A stretch of 64,000 nt of DNA from Candidatus Kaiserbacteria bacterium. GTDB lineage: Bacteria; Patescibacteriota; Minisyncoccia; Phycocordibacterales; Phycocordibacteraceae. The notes under the pieces were generated by a model. It searched no databases. It was not told the origin of the DNA and saw nothing but the letters and a program-made list of their open reading frames with translations. Position 1 is the first letter of the stretch. The number at the start of each line of letters is the position of its first letter. The translations under genes and the position numbers were made by a program. The stretch lies in the NCBI GenBank assembly GCA_016182485.1, contig JACPGH010000003.1, positions 70,331-134,330 of the forward strand, read 5' to 3'. This document shows, in pieces, positions 1-9,585 of this stretch.

Positions 1-251
1 TTAAGGAAGAAACAGGGCTAGATGTAGATGTCCTGACCCAATTGCCAGATAACACGTACATTCATAAAACAGGAAATAGAATCACGACCCACATGTACCT
101 TGTGCGATCAAAAGGAGATGACATTATTGCCGAACATCCAGAAGATAAAATCGAATGGGTCAATATGCGAGAGGTTACAGATCGATTCGCCTACGATAAT
201 CTGAAGGCTTATTTTAAAGATATTTTGCCAATTATAGAGCGAGCGGCATGA
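1..251 (+). CDS. NUDIX hydrolase, 5'-truncated by window edge
   Basis: Frame is open from window start; translation begins KEETGLDV (end of Nudix box REVxEETGL) and runs to stop at 251. Confidence 0.5.
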   Translation, partial: KEETGLDVDVLTQLPDNTYIHKTGNRITTHMYLVRSKGDDIIAEHPEDKIEWVNMREVTDRFAYDNLKAYFKDILPIIERAA

Positions 252-1047
252 GTGTCTTGTTCGTATGACGCTCGATCATTGCTGCTGAATGTTGCGCAAA
301 TACGGCCAGATGAGCCCTTGCTTTACCAGAATGGAATAATGCCGGAGCCGGATTTACGTCTATGCAAAAATATGAATGCCCACCTCGACCGACGAATATA
401 TCAGCCGAAAACACATCCAACTCAAGAAGGCGCGAGATATGTTTCAGGACTGTTTCAAGGTTACGTTCAGTAGTAAGGTTGTCATTTTTTGAATCGATAT
501 ATCCATCGACATAATAGAGTTTCTCAAGATGAAATTTCTCGAGGTCCACACTCTCTTCAACATAAAAGTCAGCCGAATCACTTCCTGACATTCTGGAATA
601 GAATTCTTCTACTATTTCTGCTCGCACAACAGTGCTGGCCTGCTTCTGACTCTTAATATATACGGGCAATCTTAGTTTCTCCAGCACTGTGTCGAGGGAT
701 TTCTCTGTTGGGATTGGCACACTCGCAGGAACCCGTACTCCTGCCGCACGTAAACGACTCTGCATTGAATACTTGGTGGTGTCGGATACCAAGAAATTCC
801 GATTGACCACCGTGGCCATGGCTGTCTGCGTAATACGGCTTATACAATTTGGTACGCTACTTGCATTGGTTAGAAAGTATACGACACATCCATTCGCTGC
901 GTGGTTAGTTATATCTGCCTCTGAGAGGACATCCTCCACATATCGAATATCGCAACCAATCCCTATAGATACACATGCTTCGTGAATTAGCATGGCCCCT
1001 TCGTAATACGGCTCAGTTCGAGAAATAATAATAAGTAGCATGTGCAT
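232..1047 (-). CDS. hypothetical protein, possibly ATP-grasp-like
   Basis: 271-aa ORF; weak resemblance to ATP-grasp ligases; no diagnostic motif verified. Confidence 0.3.
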   Translation of the reverse strand: MHMLLIIISRTEPYYEGAMLIHEACVSIGIGCDIRYVEDVLSEADITNHAANGCVVYFLTNASSVPNCISRITQTAMATVVNRNFLVSDTTKYSMQSRLRAAGVRVPASVPIPTEKSLDTVLEKLRLPVYIKSQKQASTVVRAEIVEEFYSRMSGSDSADFYVEESVDLEKFHLEKLYYVDGYIDSKNDNLTTERNLETVLKHISRLLELDVFSADIFVGRGGHSYFCIDVNPAPALFHSGKARAHLAVFAQHSAAMIERHTNKTLMPLAL

Positions 1048-1351
1048 GAGAGAATAACCAATCTTAATTAGATATCAATATCCTCGACCACAACACACCT
1101 CGCTTTCGTTGAGCTCCTTATGAACGACTAGTGGCATCTTTTCACATAGTATACTTTTAGAATGCTCACCAGGACCGAGCAGATAGGGAGCATCCTTGCC
1201 CGTCTTGAGACGTTTAAGAACGATCCGGCGTATGCGGACAAGCGATACGCGATTGAGGCGAATATCGCTTTTATCCGCCATCGGTATGGTGCATGAACAG
1301 AAAGAGGACTACGACAAAAAGTCCTCGGGCGGCTCATAGTATACTTAAGAT

Positions 1352-2938
1352 ATGAACATAGCCGCGCTGGTGCAAATCAATTTTGATTTGCTATTAGTCG
1401 GTATAGCAGTTGCAGGCATTGTTCTGCTGGGGAGCATTATTTTGCTGAATGACGCAAGAAGTGTAACAAACCGCTCGTTCTTTTATTTCGCGGTACTCAC
1501 GGCCGCATGGGGCATCTCGAATTATCTCGAGTATCGCTTCACGACAATTGAAACAACATTATGGGCTCTTCGTTTTCACCTGTTTTTTTCTACTCTGCAT
1601 GCTTTCTTCTTTTTTAGACTCGCCTATGTATTTCCGCGAAAGGAACTGACGTTTCCAAGCTGGTATTACTACGTGCTGATCCCGATCGTGGCCACCACGT
1701 GCATCCTTGTGCTCACGCCACTTGTATTTTCTGGCATAACGGCGCTCGCGCCCGCCGGACAAGTGACGAGAGGCGTTCCGGGCCCAGGTATCGCGGTGTT
1801 CATGTTCGTCGCGTTCGGCCTCTTGATATCAAGCTTAGTGATTCTGTTCCGGAGAGCGCGAAAGCAGACGGGAGTTGAGCGCCGTCAGGCGCTGGTACTT
1901 TTCTACGGGATGCTGCTCATGGCCATTCTCATTCTTACATTCAATGTGGTGTTGCCGAATGTCTTCTCGAATCGAAGTTTTATTCCGCTGGCGGCCCTGT
2001 TCATTCTTCCTTTTGTGGCGTTAACCTCATACGCTATTTATCGCCACCATCTCTTCAACCTGAAAGTCGCGACGACGGCGTTCCTCGGATTCATGGTGAC
2101 GGTTTTCACATTCGTGAACGTGCTGTATTCCACCGGCCCGAGCGCGGTGGTCCTAAATGCTACGGCGTTTCTGGTCGTCTTGTTCGGAAGTATCAAGATA
2201 GTCCAGGATACGCTAAGTCTTAAAACATTGACCGAAGAGCTCTCCGAGACGAACGAGCGGCAGGAGACCCTCATCCACTTCATCGGGCACGAGGTCAAAG
2301 GATTCCTCGCCAAAGACGAAGGCGCGTTAGCGGCGATCTCGCAGGGCGATTTCGGCGAGCCGCCGGACGGCATGAAGCCCTTCGTGGAGCATGCGCTCGC
2401 GGAATCGCGCCATGGCGCGGACTCGGTAGCGAACATCCTGAAGGCCTCCAATCTTAAGAAGGGAACCGTTACCTACACAAAGGAACCGTTTGATCTTAAA
2501 GAACTTGTCGCCGCGGCCGTCGAGCGCGAGAAGACGCGGGCGGAGGAGAAAAATCTTACACTCGATTTTAAGGCTGACGAGGACTCGTACCAGATAACCG
2601 GAGATAAGGCGCAGATAAACGACCATGTGCTCCGCAATCTTATCGATAATGCGATTAACTACACGCCCTCCGGGTCTATAGAGGTTTCTCTTCGTAACGA
2701 GAACGACAGATTGATTTTCGCCGTGAAAGACACCGGAGTCGGCATTGATGAAGAAGACAAGAGGCATCTCTTCACCGAAGGCGGGCACGGTAAGGAGTCG
2801 CAGCGGGTGAACGTCCATTCCACCGGCTACGGCCTCTACATAGCGAAGAAAATAGTTGATGCGCACGGCGGGACGATCCGGGCCGAATCCGAGGGTCCCG
2901 GCAAAGGTTCAACCTTTGTCGTTGAGTTTCCAGCGTAG
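1352..2938 (+). CDS. membrane sensor histidine kinase
   Basis: N-terminal multi-TM region; C-terminal HATPase_c motifs NLIDNAINYT, DTGVGID, GYGLYIAKKIVDAHGG. Confidence 0.75.
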   Translation: MNIAALVQINFDLLLVGIAVAGIVLLGSIILLNDARSVTNRSFFYFAVLTAAWGISNYLEYRFTTIETTLWALRFHLFFSTLHAFFFFRLAYVFPRKELTFPSWYYYVLIPIVATTCILVLTPLVFSGITALAPAGQVTRGVPGPGIAVFMFVAFGLLISSLVILFRRARKQTGVERRQALVLFYGMLLMAILILTFNVVLPNVFSNRSFIPLAALFILPFVALTSYAIYRHHLFNLKVATTAFLGFMVTVFTFVNVLYSTGPSAVVLNATAFLVVLFGSIKIVQDTLSLKTLTEELSETNERQETLIHFIGHEVKGFLAKDEGALAAISQGDFGEPPDGMKPFVEHALAESRHGADSVANILKASNLKKGTVTYTKEPFDLKELVAAAVEREKTRAEEKNLTLDFKADEDSYQITGDKAQINDHVLRNLIDNAINYTPSGSIEVSLRNENDRLIFAVKDTGVGIDEEDKRHLFTEGGHGKESQRVNVHSTGYGLYIAKKIVDAHGGTIRAESEGPGKGSTFVVEFPA

Positions 2939-2989
2939 TCTGATAGTGTTTTGGCATCGTCCGCCTTTGCCAAGGCTTCGGCGAGACAA

Positions 2990-3060
2990 GCCGGTATAGT
3001 TCAATGGTAGAACGAAGGACTCATAAGCCTTAAACAATGGTTCGATTCCATTTACCGGCA
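2990..3060 (+). tRNA. tRNA-Met (anticodon CAU, elongator-type acceptor)
   Basis: Cloverleaf: GCCGGTA acceptor, GTTC/GAAC D-stem, anticodon loop CTCATAA, T-loop TTCGATT, acceptor TACCGGC + A. Confidence 0.7.
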
Positions 3061-3118
3061 CCGCGACATTTTGATAGGATTTTGGTAGGATGAAATCGTC
3101 CGCATTAAGTTAGTACAT

Positions 3119-3190
3119 GCGGCTGTAGCTCAACGGTAGAGCGCCGCCCTGTCACGGCGGAGGTCGTGGGATCATCACCCATCAGCCGCG
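3119..3190 (+). tRNA. tRNA-Asp (anticodon GUC)
   Basis: GCGGCTG acceptor, GCTC/GAGC D-stem, anticodon stem CCGCC/GGCGG with loop CTGTCAC; unusual T-loop ATCATCA. Confidence 0.7.
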
Positions 3191-3197
3191 CAGTCAG

Positions 3198-3228
3198 CAA
3201 AATCCGGCGGTGAGCCGGATTTTGCTTT
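3198..3228 (+). terminator. rho-independent terminator after tRNA pair
   Basis: Perfect hairpin CAAAATCCGGC-ggtga-GCCGGATTTTG followed by CTTT. Confidence 0.7.
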
Positions 3229-3305
3229 AAAATCTGCGAGCGTCGGCGAGCAAATTATCCCGACCAAGCCCGTCCCTCGTACCCTGGTACTGCTATGCTA
3301 TCTCA

Positions 3306-4460
3306 ATGCGGTTAACCGATTTCCATAAGGTAGTGGCGATGAACACTCTGTCTGGAATTGGCACGGGACTCGTGGGCATTTTCATCCCCATTTACCTGCT
3401 TGAGCTGGGTTTTCCTCCCATCTCCGTCATTGCGTGGCTACTAGTTCATCACGTCTCGCTTCTCATAAGCTCGTTTCTTGTCGTATTTGCATCGAATAGG
3501 ATCGGGCTTGTGCGATGCTGGTACATTCGCATCCCGCTCGTCGCACTAGTATTTTCCGGCCTTTTATTACTGCCGACACAACCGTCTCTCTTGTTTGCAG
3601 TGGCTTTCATAAGCGGGCTGGAGGCGGCTTTTTTCTGGATTCCGTACAATATCTTTACGGTACGCACGACCGACGACAAAAGCATCGGCTCTTCTCTCGC
3701 ATTTATGTCGAATGTAGGTTCTGCCGCCGGAATCCTTGTTCCGGGAATCGCCGCTCTCCTAATCGTACTTTTAGGCTATCCGGTACTTTTTTCTGTGGCT
3801 TTCGGATTCATAGTCATTTCCGTGTTTCCTGTTTTATCGCTTAGGCAGGAAAAAACTAACTTCCAATTTTCATGGACCGCCATCAAAGGTATAGCTCGAA
3901 GATATAAACGATTTATTATTCCTGAAATTTTCGACAACCTCGGCCAAGACGCGCAGGTCATATGGTCGCTATTCATCTTCATAACAGCTCTCACCATTCT
4001 CGACATTGGCGCGCTAGGTGTTATCACAGGCATCGTCGGAATGCTCGTAACCTATCTAACAGGCATATCTATTGATACGCGGAACAAGAAGGCAATCATG
4101 CGCTTCGGCGCCGTAGCGACTTCGGTCATGTGGCTTGCCTCATACGCAGTCGCCACCATTGCTCCTGCGCCGGCATTCTTATACACGGTAACCGCACTTC
4201 GAGGTTTTGCGCTTGGGATTTTCGCAAGCGCATATGGAGCTGTCATGCTCAACCGGGCCCGCAGTTCGGACGCGCAATTCTTGGTCCTGCGGGAGATCCC
4301 GACTATCCTCGGGCGGGTCGTTGTTTTCCTACTCGCGATGTTCTTCGTCTCGATCGATCGGTTCGAGCTGACTTTTTTAGTCGTAGCCGTTCTCTCTTTC
4401 TATTTCTGGTTCAATGATACCGACCCACTTCTCGCTCCACCTGTCGAGGCCCAAACCTAA
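3306..4460 (+). CDS. MFS-type membrane transporter
   Basis: 384 aa, about 12 predicted hydrophobic helices, no soluble domain. Confidence 0.5.
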   Translation: MRLTDFHKVVAMNTLSGIGTGLVGIFIPIYLLELGFPPISVIAWLLVHHVSLLISSFLVVFASNRIGLVRCWYIRIPLVALVFSGLLLLPTQPSLLFAVAFISGLEAAFFWIPYNIFTVRTTDDKSIGSSLAFMSNVGSAAGILVPGIAALLIVLLGYPVLFSVAFGFIVISVFPVLSLRQEKTNFQFSWTAIKGIARRYKRFIIPEIFDNLGQDAQVIWSLFIFITALTILDIGALGVITGIVGMLVTYLTGISIDTRNKKAIMRFGAVATSVMWLASYAVATIAPAPAFLYTVTALRGFALGIFASAYGAVMLNRARSSDAQFLVLREIPTILGRVVVFLLAMFFVSIDRFELTFLVVAVLSFYFWFNDTDPLLAPPVEAQT

Positions 4461-4498
4461 TGACGGTTCTACCATAGTCCAATAGGCCGTACTTAGAT

Positions 4499-4930
4499 TC
4501 AGTCTGAATCAAAGTTAGTTAGATACTTCTCGATCGTGTTATGGATATTCTGCAGAACATTTTCTCGTGAAGAAGATTTGCTTCTCGCTATGCCAACGGC
4601 AAAATTATACAGGTTGTGTTGAGACATCGCGAGCCACTTATTGTTATTAGACAGAAAGACCAACAAAGTCATAATAGCTATTCTTTTGTTTCCGTTCTGG
4701 AATGGATGATTTTTGATCATCAGATAAAAAAGAATACTGGCTTTGCCTATTAATCCTCTGTAAAGATGCTTTCTGCTGAATTTCGTGAATGGAGTATTTA
4801 GGCAGCTCTCAAGAATGTTAGGGAATCGCGTTCCAAAGTCTGGAATAGGTTCACTATAGGCCATTAATTCCTTTGCCAGAGTGAAAGCTGTAAATTCAAC
4901 CTCTGCCAGTGTAATGATCTTAGTCCTCAT
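4499..4930 (-). CDS. doc: Doc/Fic-family toxin
   Basis: Motif HPFQNGNKRIA matches the Fic/Doc HxFx(D/N)GNKR core; overlaps upstream HTH gene by 4 nt. Confidence 0.75.
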   Translation of the reverse strand: MRTKIITLAEVEFTAFTLAKELMAYSEPIPDFGTRFPNILESCLNTPFTKFSRKHLYRGLIGKASILFYLMIKNHPFQNGNKRIAIMTLLVFLSNNNKWLAMSQHNLYNFAVGIARSKSSSRENVLQNIHNTIEKYLTNFDSD

Positions 4931-5181
4931 TCTTCGGCGAGTTTCTTAAAAGTCTTACCGTATTCCTTAACGGCCCTTTCAACGGCTCTCTCTATTTTTT
5001 GTTTCTTTAAGGGCCCAACTAATTGCCCCAGTGCTTCTAGAAGGGCGTTCTCGGCGATGACATAGTTCCTGCCGACCTTTTCGGCCTTTAATTTGCCCCT
5101 TTTTATCCTTCTAAACACTTCAATTCGGCTTATTTGCAGGATTTTAGCGGCTTCGATAGTGGAGTAAATTCTTTTATCCAT
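4927..5181 (-). CDS. excisionase-family HTH DNA-binding protein, putative antitoxin of Doc
   Basis: 84 aa; N-terminal HTH similar to excisionase/MerR-type; translationally coupled to doc. Confidence 0.55.
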   Translation of the reverse strand: MDKRIYSTIEAAKILQISRIEVFRRIKRGKLKAEKVGRNYVIAENALLEALGQLVGPLKKQKIERAVERAVKEYGKTFKKLAEE

Positions 5182-5187
5182 AATTTG

Positions 5188-5209
5188 TATAGTAACATAT
5201 GTTACTATA
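5188..5209. promoter_or_regulatory. perfect 22-bp palindrome, putative operator of HTH-doc operon
   Basis: TATAGTAACATATGTTACTATA lies 7 bp upstream of the HTH start codon. Confidence 0.5.
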
Positions 5210-5288
5210 CGGAAACAACAGTCTCTAGGCCATACATAATGAACCTGCTGAGCAGATTCATCTGGACCGGACTGCTACTATGTAGCAG

Positions 5289-6266
5289 ATGAATCCGAAT
5301 CACCTTGCCGTACTCCGGAAGGACTTCCGTCTCGGCGATGTCGTCTCGATTGCCGAAAGCACCGAAGGCGTTTTGAATAGAAACTATATCCTTGAAACGA
5401 GCGTAGGGAAGTTTTTCATAAAACAGGTTCGCGACAAGGCGAAAGACAGGCTCCCGGCCACGGCACTTGTCGAAGAGCTGATGCGCGAACGCGGTATTCC
5501 TGCTGTGTGCATGTGTGCGACGAAAGATGCTGAGAAGTTTGCCGTGTATGATGGTGTCGCCTATTCAGTCTATCCATTCATCGAGAGTGACCGGTCGCAT
5601 AAGTATTCTCTCGCGGATTATCGGAATATGGGCATTTTGCTTGGAGAAATTCACCGAGCCGGAAGCCAGAATATTCCAGACACGCTGACGAAGCGACGCC
5701 TCAAGGTTACACCGAAAGACGATATAGCTAAGGAGCTTGTCGAGTATAAGGCGCGGATACAGGAAATGCGGCATACGGAAAAGATCGATGAAGAATTTCT
5801 TGCGTATATCGATCTCAAGCGGGCTCTCATACCTGAAGTTGATTTGGGGACGAGTCTTGCAAACGAGACTTTGACGCACGGCGATTACCATGCGGGTAAT
5901 TTGCTCATTGACAAGAAGCGCAGAAATATTATCGAAGTATGTGATTGGGAGAAGGCTTGCATGGCGCCGCGAGCATATGAGCTTGGGAGGGCCATTCTGT
6001 ATATAAGCTTTTCAGAAGGCTACGCGGAACCGAGCGGCCGAGAATCCGCATGCGAAGTGATATCCGGATACACCTCTGTATGCCCGATGAGCAGGGATGA
6101 GATCCGCGAGGGGCTCCGAGCGCGCTTGCATCATTCGGTCTGTTCGGTTTGGCTCGAACGCCATCATTACGAATTGAAGGATCCGCGGGTCGATCACTTC
6201 GTAGCTCATGAGATCCAACTCATTCGCGATTTTATTCATGGAGATTTTGCGAGTAGATTGATTTAA
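5289..6266 (+). CDS. aminoglycoside/choline-kinase family phosphotransferase
   Basis: HGDYHAGNLLID and VCDWEKA motifs (APH-family catalytic loop and DFG-like). Confidence 0.6.
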   Translation: MNPNHLAVLRKDFRLGDVVSIAESTEGVLNRNYILETSVGKFFIKQVRDKAKDRLPATALVEELMRERGIPAVCMCATKDAEKFAVYDGVAYSVYPFIESDRSHKYSLADYRNMGILLGEIHRAGSQNIPDTLTKRRLKVTPKDDIAKELVEYKARIQEMRHTEKIDEEFLAYIDLKRALIPEVDLGTSLANETLTHGDYHAGNLLIDKKRRNIIEVCDWEKACMAPRAYELGRAILYISFSEGYAEPSGRESACEVISGYTSVCPMSRDEIREGLRARLHHSVCSVWLERHHYELKDPRVDHFVAHEIQLIRDFIHGDFASRLI

Positions 6267-6332
6267 ATGTTCGTTCTATTCCCGTGCACCGCTAAGCAAG
6301 ATTGAACAATTGTTAACACATTGATTTGAATG

Positions 6333-6348
6333 GTTAACATATGCTAAC
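6333..6348. promoter_or_regulatory. near-palindrome related to the doc-operon operator
   Basis: GTTAACATATGCTAAC shares the AACATATG core with the 5188-5209 palindrome; lies upstream of the paralogous HTH gene. Confidence 0.3.
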
Positions 6349-6357
6349 CTGTCTATA

Positions 6358-6546
6358 ATGCCTAAAAATAAGGCCGTTTTGCCAGACAAGCGCTTCTTTT
6401 CGGTGGCTGAACTTGCGCATACTCTCGGCGTGAGCCGGGTGGCGGTGTTTAGGAAAATCCGCTCCGGCGCCATTCATGCGGAAAAAGTAGGCCGCGCCTA
6501 TGTCATCCCGAGAGAGGAATTTGCGGCTGCGCTCGGCGACCAATGA
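6358..6546 (+). CDS. excisionase-family HTH protein (orphan paralog of the 4927-5181 antitoxin)
   Basis: 62 aa; FSVAELAHTLGVSRVAVFRKIRSG HTH similar to the other copy; no partner toxin ORF downstream. Confidence 0.5.
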   Translation: MPKNKAVLPDKRFFSVAELAHTLGVSRVAVFRKIRSGAIHAEKVGRAYVIPREEFAAALGDQ

Positions 6547-6713
6547 TGCTTTATACGAATTTTCCAAGGAAGTGGCTCGAAGTAACCCGGCTTTGAAACA
6601 CGCAGTCTTAAAAATGATCGAGGGTTTCATAATGAGCTCTAAAGTACGGAGATAATTCCTGTATCTCATTTTCAACTTCGGCCGCCGAACAAGGCTGGGT
6701 GCTATAATTCTTT

Positions 6714-8246
6714 ATGATCCTCGTACTCAATTTCGGGAGCCAGTTCGCCCATCTTATCGCGCGGCGTGTCAGGGATCTCGGCGTCAAGGCTGAGATTGTG
6801 CCGTTCGATACGCCGGCGCAGGAAATCGCGAAGCTCAAGCCGGCCGGCCTCATTCTTTCGGGCGGCCCCGCCTCGGTGCTGGAAAAAGGCAGCCCGCGTC
6901 CCGATAAAGAAATATTCACGCTCGGCATCCCAATCCTGGGCATTTGCTACGGGCATCAGGTCTTGGCGCAGATGCTCGGCGGCAAAGTGGAGAAGGGGAG
7001 AACGCGCGAGTTTGGGAAAGAAGCGCTCCTGCTTGGCGATAAACGCGGCCTGTTCTCGGGCCTTTCGCGGCGGCAAATTGTCTGGTTCTCGCATGGGGAT
7101 CAAGTCATAACATTGCCAAGCGGCTTCCAGAGAACGGCGGCAACCGCGTCCTGTCCGAACGCCGCTTTTGCAGATCGCAAAAGGAGTCTGTTCGGTATTC
7201 AGTTTCATCCGGAGGTTACGCATACCGCGAACGGGCCGCGAATGCTCAAGAATTTCCTATTTGCAGCCTGCAAGGCAAAGAAGAATTGGAGGATCGCCTC
7301 GGTCGCAAAAGACATCGTGGGTCAGATAAAGAGGGAAGTGGGCGATCAACATGTCGTCGTCGGCATTTCAGGCGGCGTCGATTCGCTCGTCGCCGCTACC
7401 CTTATTCATCGCGCGATCGGGAACCGCCTCCATGCCGTGTTCGTCGACACCGGTCTCTTGCGCCAAGGCGAGGTCGCGCAAGTTTCCGGATATTTAAGAA
7501 GGCACGGTTTCAAGAAGCTACATGTCGTCGATGCCAGCCGCGCGTTCCTCTCGCGCCTCAAGGGCGTAATCGATCCGGAACAAAAGAGAAAAATCATCGG
7601 CCATGCATTTATCGGGGCGTTTGAGAAAGCTATCCGCACCGAATTAAGGCGATACCCGATAGCCTATCTGGCGCAGGGAACCATTTATCCCGACCGCATC
7701 GAATCGGCCTCGACTTCGGGCGTTGCCGCGAAGATCAAGAGCCATCATAATCTCGCTCTGCCCGAGAAACTCGGCTTTCAGATCCTCGAGCCCCTCAAAG
7801 ATCTATACAAAGACGAAGTGCGCCGGGTCGGCCTCTCGCTCGGCCTGCCTCGCGAACTGCTCTTCCGCCATCCATTTCCCGGCCCCGGCCTCGCCATACG
7901 CATCGTGGGCGAGGTAACGGCGAAGCGCCTGCGCATAGCGCGCGAGGCGGATGCCGTCTTCCTCGCAGAACTGCATGCGGCGCGCGAGTATGAAAAGATC
8001 TGGATGGCATTTGCCGCGCTCTTGCCGGTAAAGACGACTGGCGTAATGGGGGACGCTCGAACGTACGAATATGCCATCGCGCTTCGCGCGGTAGATTCCG
8101 TCGACACCATGAGCGCGGATTGGCATAAAATTCCTGCGCCGCTGCTCGAGCGCATCTCGAGCGCAATAGTCAATAAAGTGCGAGGCGTTAACCGTGTTTT
8201 CTACGACATCACCCAGAAGCCGCCAGCTACGATGGAGTACGAATAG
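6714..8246 (+). CDS. guaA: GMP synthase (glutamine-hydrolysing)
   Basis: N-terminal class-I GATase (CYGHQ), ATP-PPase SGGVDS loop, conserved C-terminal dimerisation region ending ...MEYE. Confidence 0.9.
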   Translation: MILVLNFGSQFAHLIARRVRDLGVKAEIVPFDTPAQEIAKLKPAGLILSGGPASVLEKGSPRPDKEIFTLGIPILGICYGHQVLAQMLGGKVEKGRTREFGKEALLLGDKRGLFSGLSRRQIVWFSHGDQVITLPSGFQRTAATASCPNAAFADRKRSLFGIQFHPEVTHTANGPRMLKNFLFAACKAKKNWRIASVAKDIVGQIKREVGDQHVVVGISGGVDSLVAATLIHRAIGNRLHAVFVDTGLLRQGEVAQVSGYLRRHGFKKLHVVDASRAFLSRLKGVIDPEQKRKIIGHAFIGAFEKAIRTELRRYPIAYLAQGTIYPDRIESASTSGVAAKIKSHHNLALPEKLGFQILEPLKDLYKDEVRRVGLSLGLPRELLFRHPFPGPGLAIRIVGEVTAKRLRIAREADAVFLAELHAAREYEKIWMAFAALLPVKTTGVMGDARTYEYAIALRAVDSVDTMSADWHKIPAPLLERISSAIVNKVRGVNRVFYDITQKPPATMEYE

Positions 8247-8297
8247 CGGGTGGGCACGCATAACATAATTTTTCTCAGACTGAGATAAGCTGTAGCA

Positions 8298-8702
8298 ATG
8301 GAAGGCTTCAAGAAATTCATTCTGCGGGGGAATGTGGTGGATCTGGCGGTCGGCATCGCTATAGGCGCCGCCTTTAACGACATCGTGAACACGCTCGTAA
8401 AAGGCATAATCACGCCCCTTGTAGGCGCAATTTTTCAGGCTCCTGATTTTTCCACTTTTAAGGTTTCGGCGGGCGGCAGTACGTTCGCGATAGGGGATGT
8501 GATAAATGCGGCCGTTACGTTCCTTATCATTGCGCTCGTGATTTATTTCCTTATCGTACTGCCGATGAACAAGCTCACGGATATGCTGAAGCGGCGCCAG
8601 AAGCCAGCCGATCCCGCAAATAAAAAATGCCCGGAGTGCTTGAGCGAAATTCCTATCAAGGCGAAACGCTGCGCCTATTGCGGAGAGCCGCAACCGGCAT
8701 AA
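8298..8702 (+). CDS. mscL: large-conductance mechanosensitive channel with C-terminal C4 zinc ribbon
   Basis: MscL N-terminus MEGFKKFILRGNVVDLAVGIAIGAAF, two TM helices; C-terminus CPEC...CAYC. Confidence 0.8.
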   Translation: MEGFKKFILRGNVVDLAVGIAIGAAFNDIVNTLVKGIITPLVGAIFQAPDFSTFKVSAGGSTFAIGDVINAAVTFLIIALVIYFLIVLPMNKLTDMLKRRQKPADPANKKCPECLSEIPIKAKRCAYCGEPQPA

Positions 8703-8708
8703 AAAGGG

Positions 8709-8735
8709 TGAGAGCCGCGACTGGGTCGCGGCTCT
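8709..8735. terminator. GC-rich hairpin between convergent genes
   Basis: GAGAGCCGCGAC-tgg-GTCGCGGCTCTC perfect 12-bp stem. Confidence 0.5.
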
Positions 8736-8755
8736 CGGGAAGCGGAGGGGACGTG

Positions 8756-8974
8756 CTACCGAGCGAGATGGGCGATCAGGCCTTCGGGATAGTCGAGCTC
8801 GCCGAAGGCGAGCGCGGTCACCGGCACCTTCGGGCGGACGATGGGCGCCTTCTCCTCGCATGACTTGCAGCGCGTTGCGTCGGACACCGCATCGATCCTT
8901 TTCCGCGGGATCTCGATTCCGCACTCCAGGCACGTCCGAATTTCACACGCCATCTTCCATGCCTCGCTCTTCAA
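8756..8974 (-). CDS. DksA/TraR-family C4 zinc-finger protein
   Basis: CLECG...(17)...CKSC spacing typical of TraR/DksA C4 fingers; start may be the internal Met at aa 8. Confidence 0.45.
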   Translation of the reverse strand: MKSEAWKMACEIRTCLECGIEIPRKRIDAVSDATRCKSCEEKAPIVRPKVPVTALAFGELDYPEGLIAHLAR

Positions 8975-9061
8975 AGTGGGTTGCGGTTAAGCCGCGTTTC
9001 CCAAGGAACTTGGGCCGCAGGCATTCTAGCATTAATGCAAACTTAATGTAAGGCCCGTGCG

Positions 9062-9415
9062 TTATGCACGGTGATAACGGTCCGCGAGCCGTTTGATATC
9101 TTCTTCGTCGAATTCGCCGAAGGCGATTTCGAGAAGCATGATGCCGCCGGTGCCGCCGGTGACCCGGTGCGCGGTGTGACGTGGGCATGAGAAAGAATCG
9201 CCCTCGTGCGCCTCGCGCTCTGCTTCGCCGATGCGGATCGTGCCGGACCCTTTGAGCACGCGCCAAAATTCATCGCGGTTTTCGTGCGTCTGCAGGCTCC
9301 AAGCCTCCCCGGCGGCGATGGTATGTATCTTCACGGTGGTCTGCTCGTTCAGTGTGAACTGCTCGAATTCTCCCCACGGGCGCTTTACCTTTTCATGATG
9401 CGAAAGGATGTCCAT
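9062..9415 (-). CDS. cupin-domain protein
   Basis: 117 aa with cupin-like pattern (two His-containing motifs HENRDEFW...H..H). Confidence 0.5.
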   Translation of the reverse strand: MDILSHHEKVKRPWGEFEQFTLNEQTTVKIHTIAAGEAWSLQTHENRDEFWRVLKGSGTIRIGEAEREAHEGDSFSCPRHTAHRVTGGTGGIMLLEIAFGEFDEEDIKRLADRYHRA

Positions 9416-9585
9416 AAAGGAGAGTATACCTCTACTCCGAACAAAAATTGATAGAACGCGGGAATTTAGCTAGTATGCGTCTAGTGCTATTCGGGCCTGC
9501 CGCGATAAGCGTTGCTTGCACGCTTTTCTCTGGCTCGCTCGGAGAGCATAAACATGTGAGGACGCATATTTATGCTTCCTCGCTC

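Noticed and set aside
6608-8933. Numerous ORFs antisense to or overlapping guaA (for example 6702-7223, 6766-7110, 7286-7624, 7803-8933)
   Set aside because: They are Arg/Ala/Pro-rich translations typical of off-frame reads of GC-rich coding DNA. guaA is unambiguous on the plus strand.
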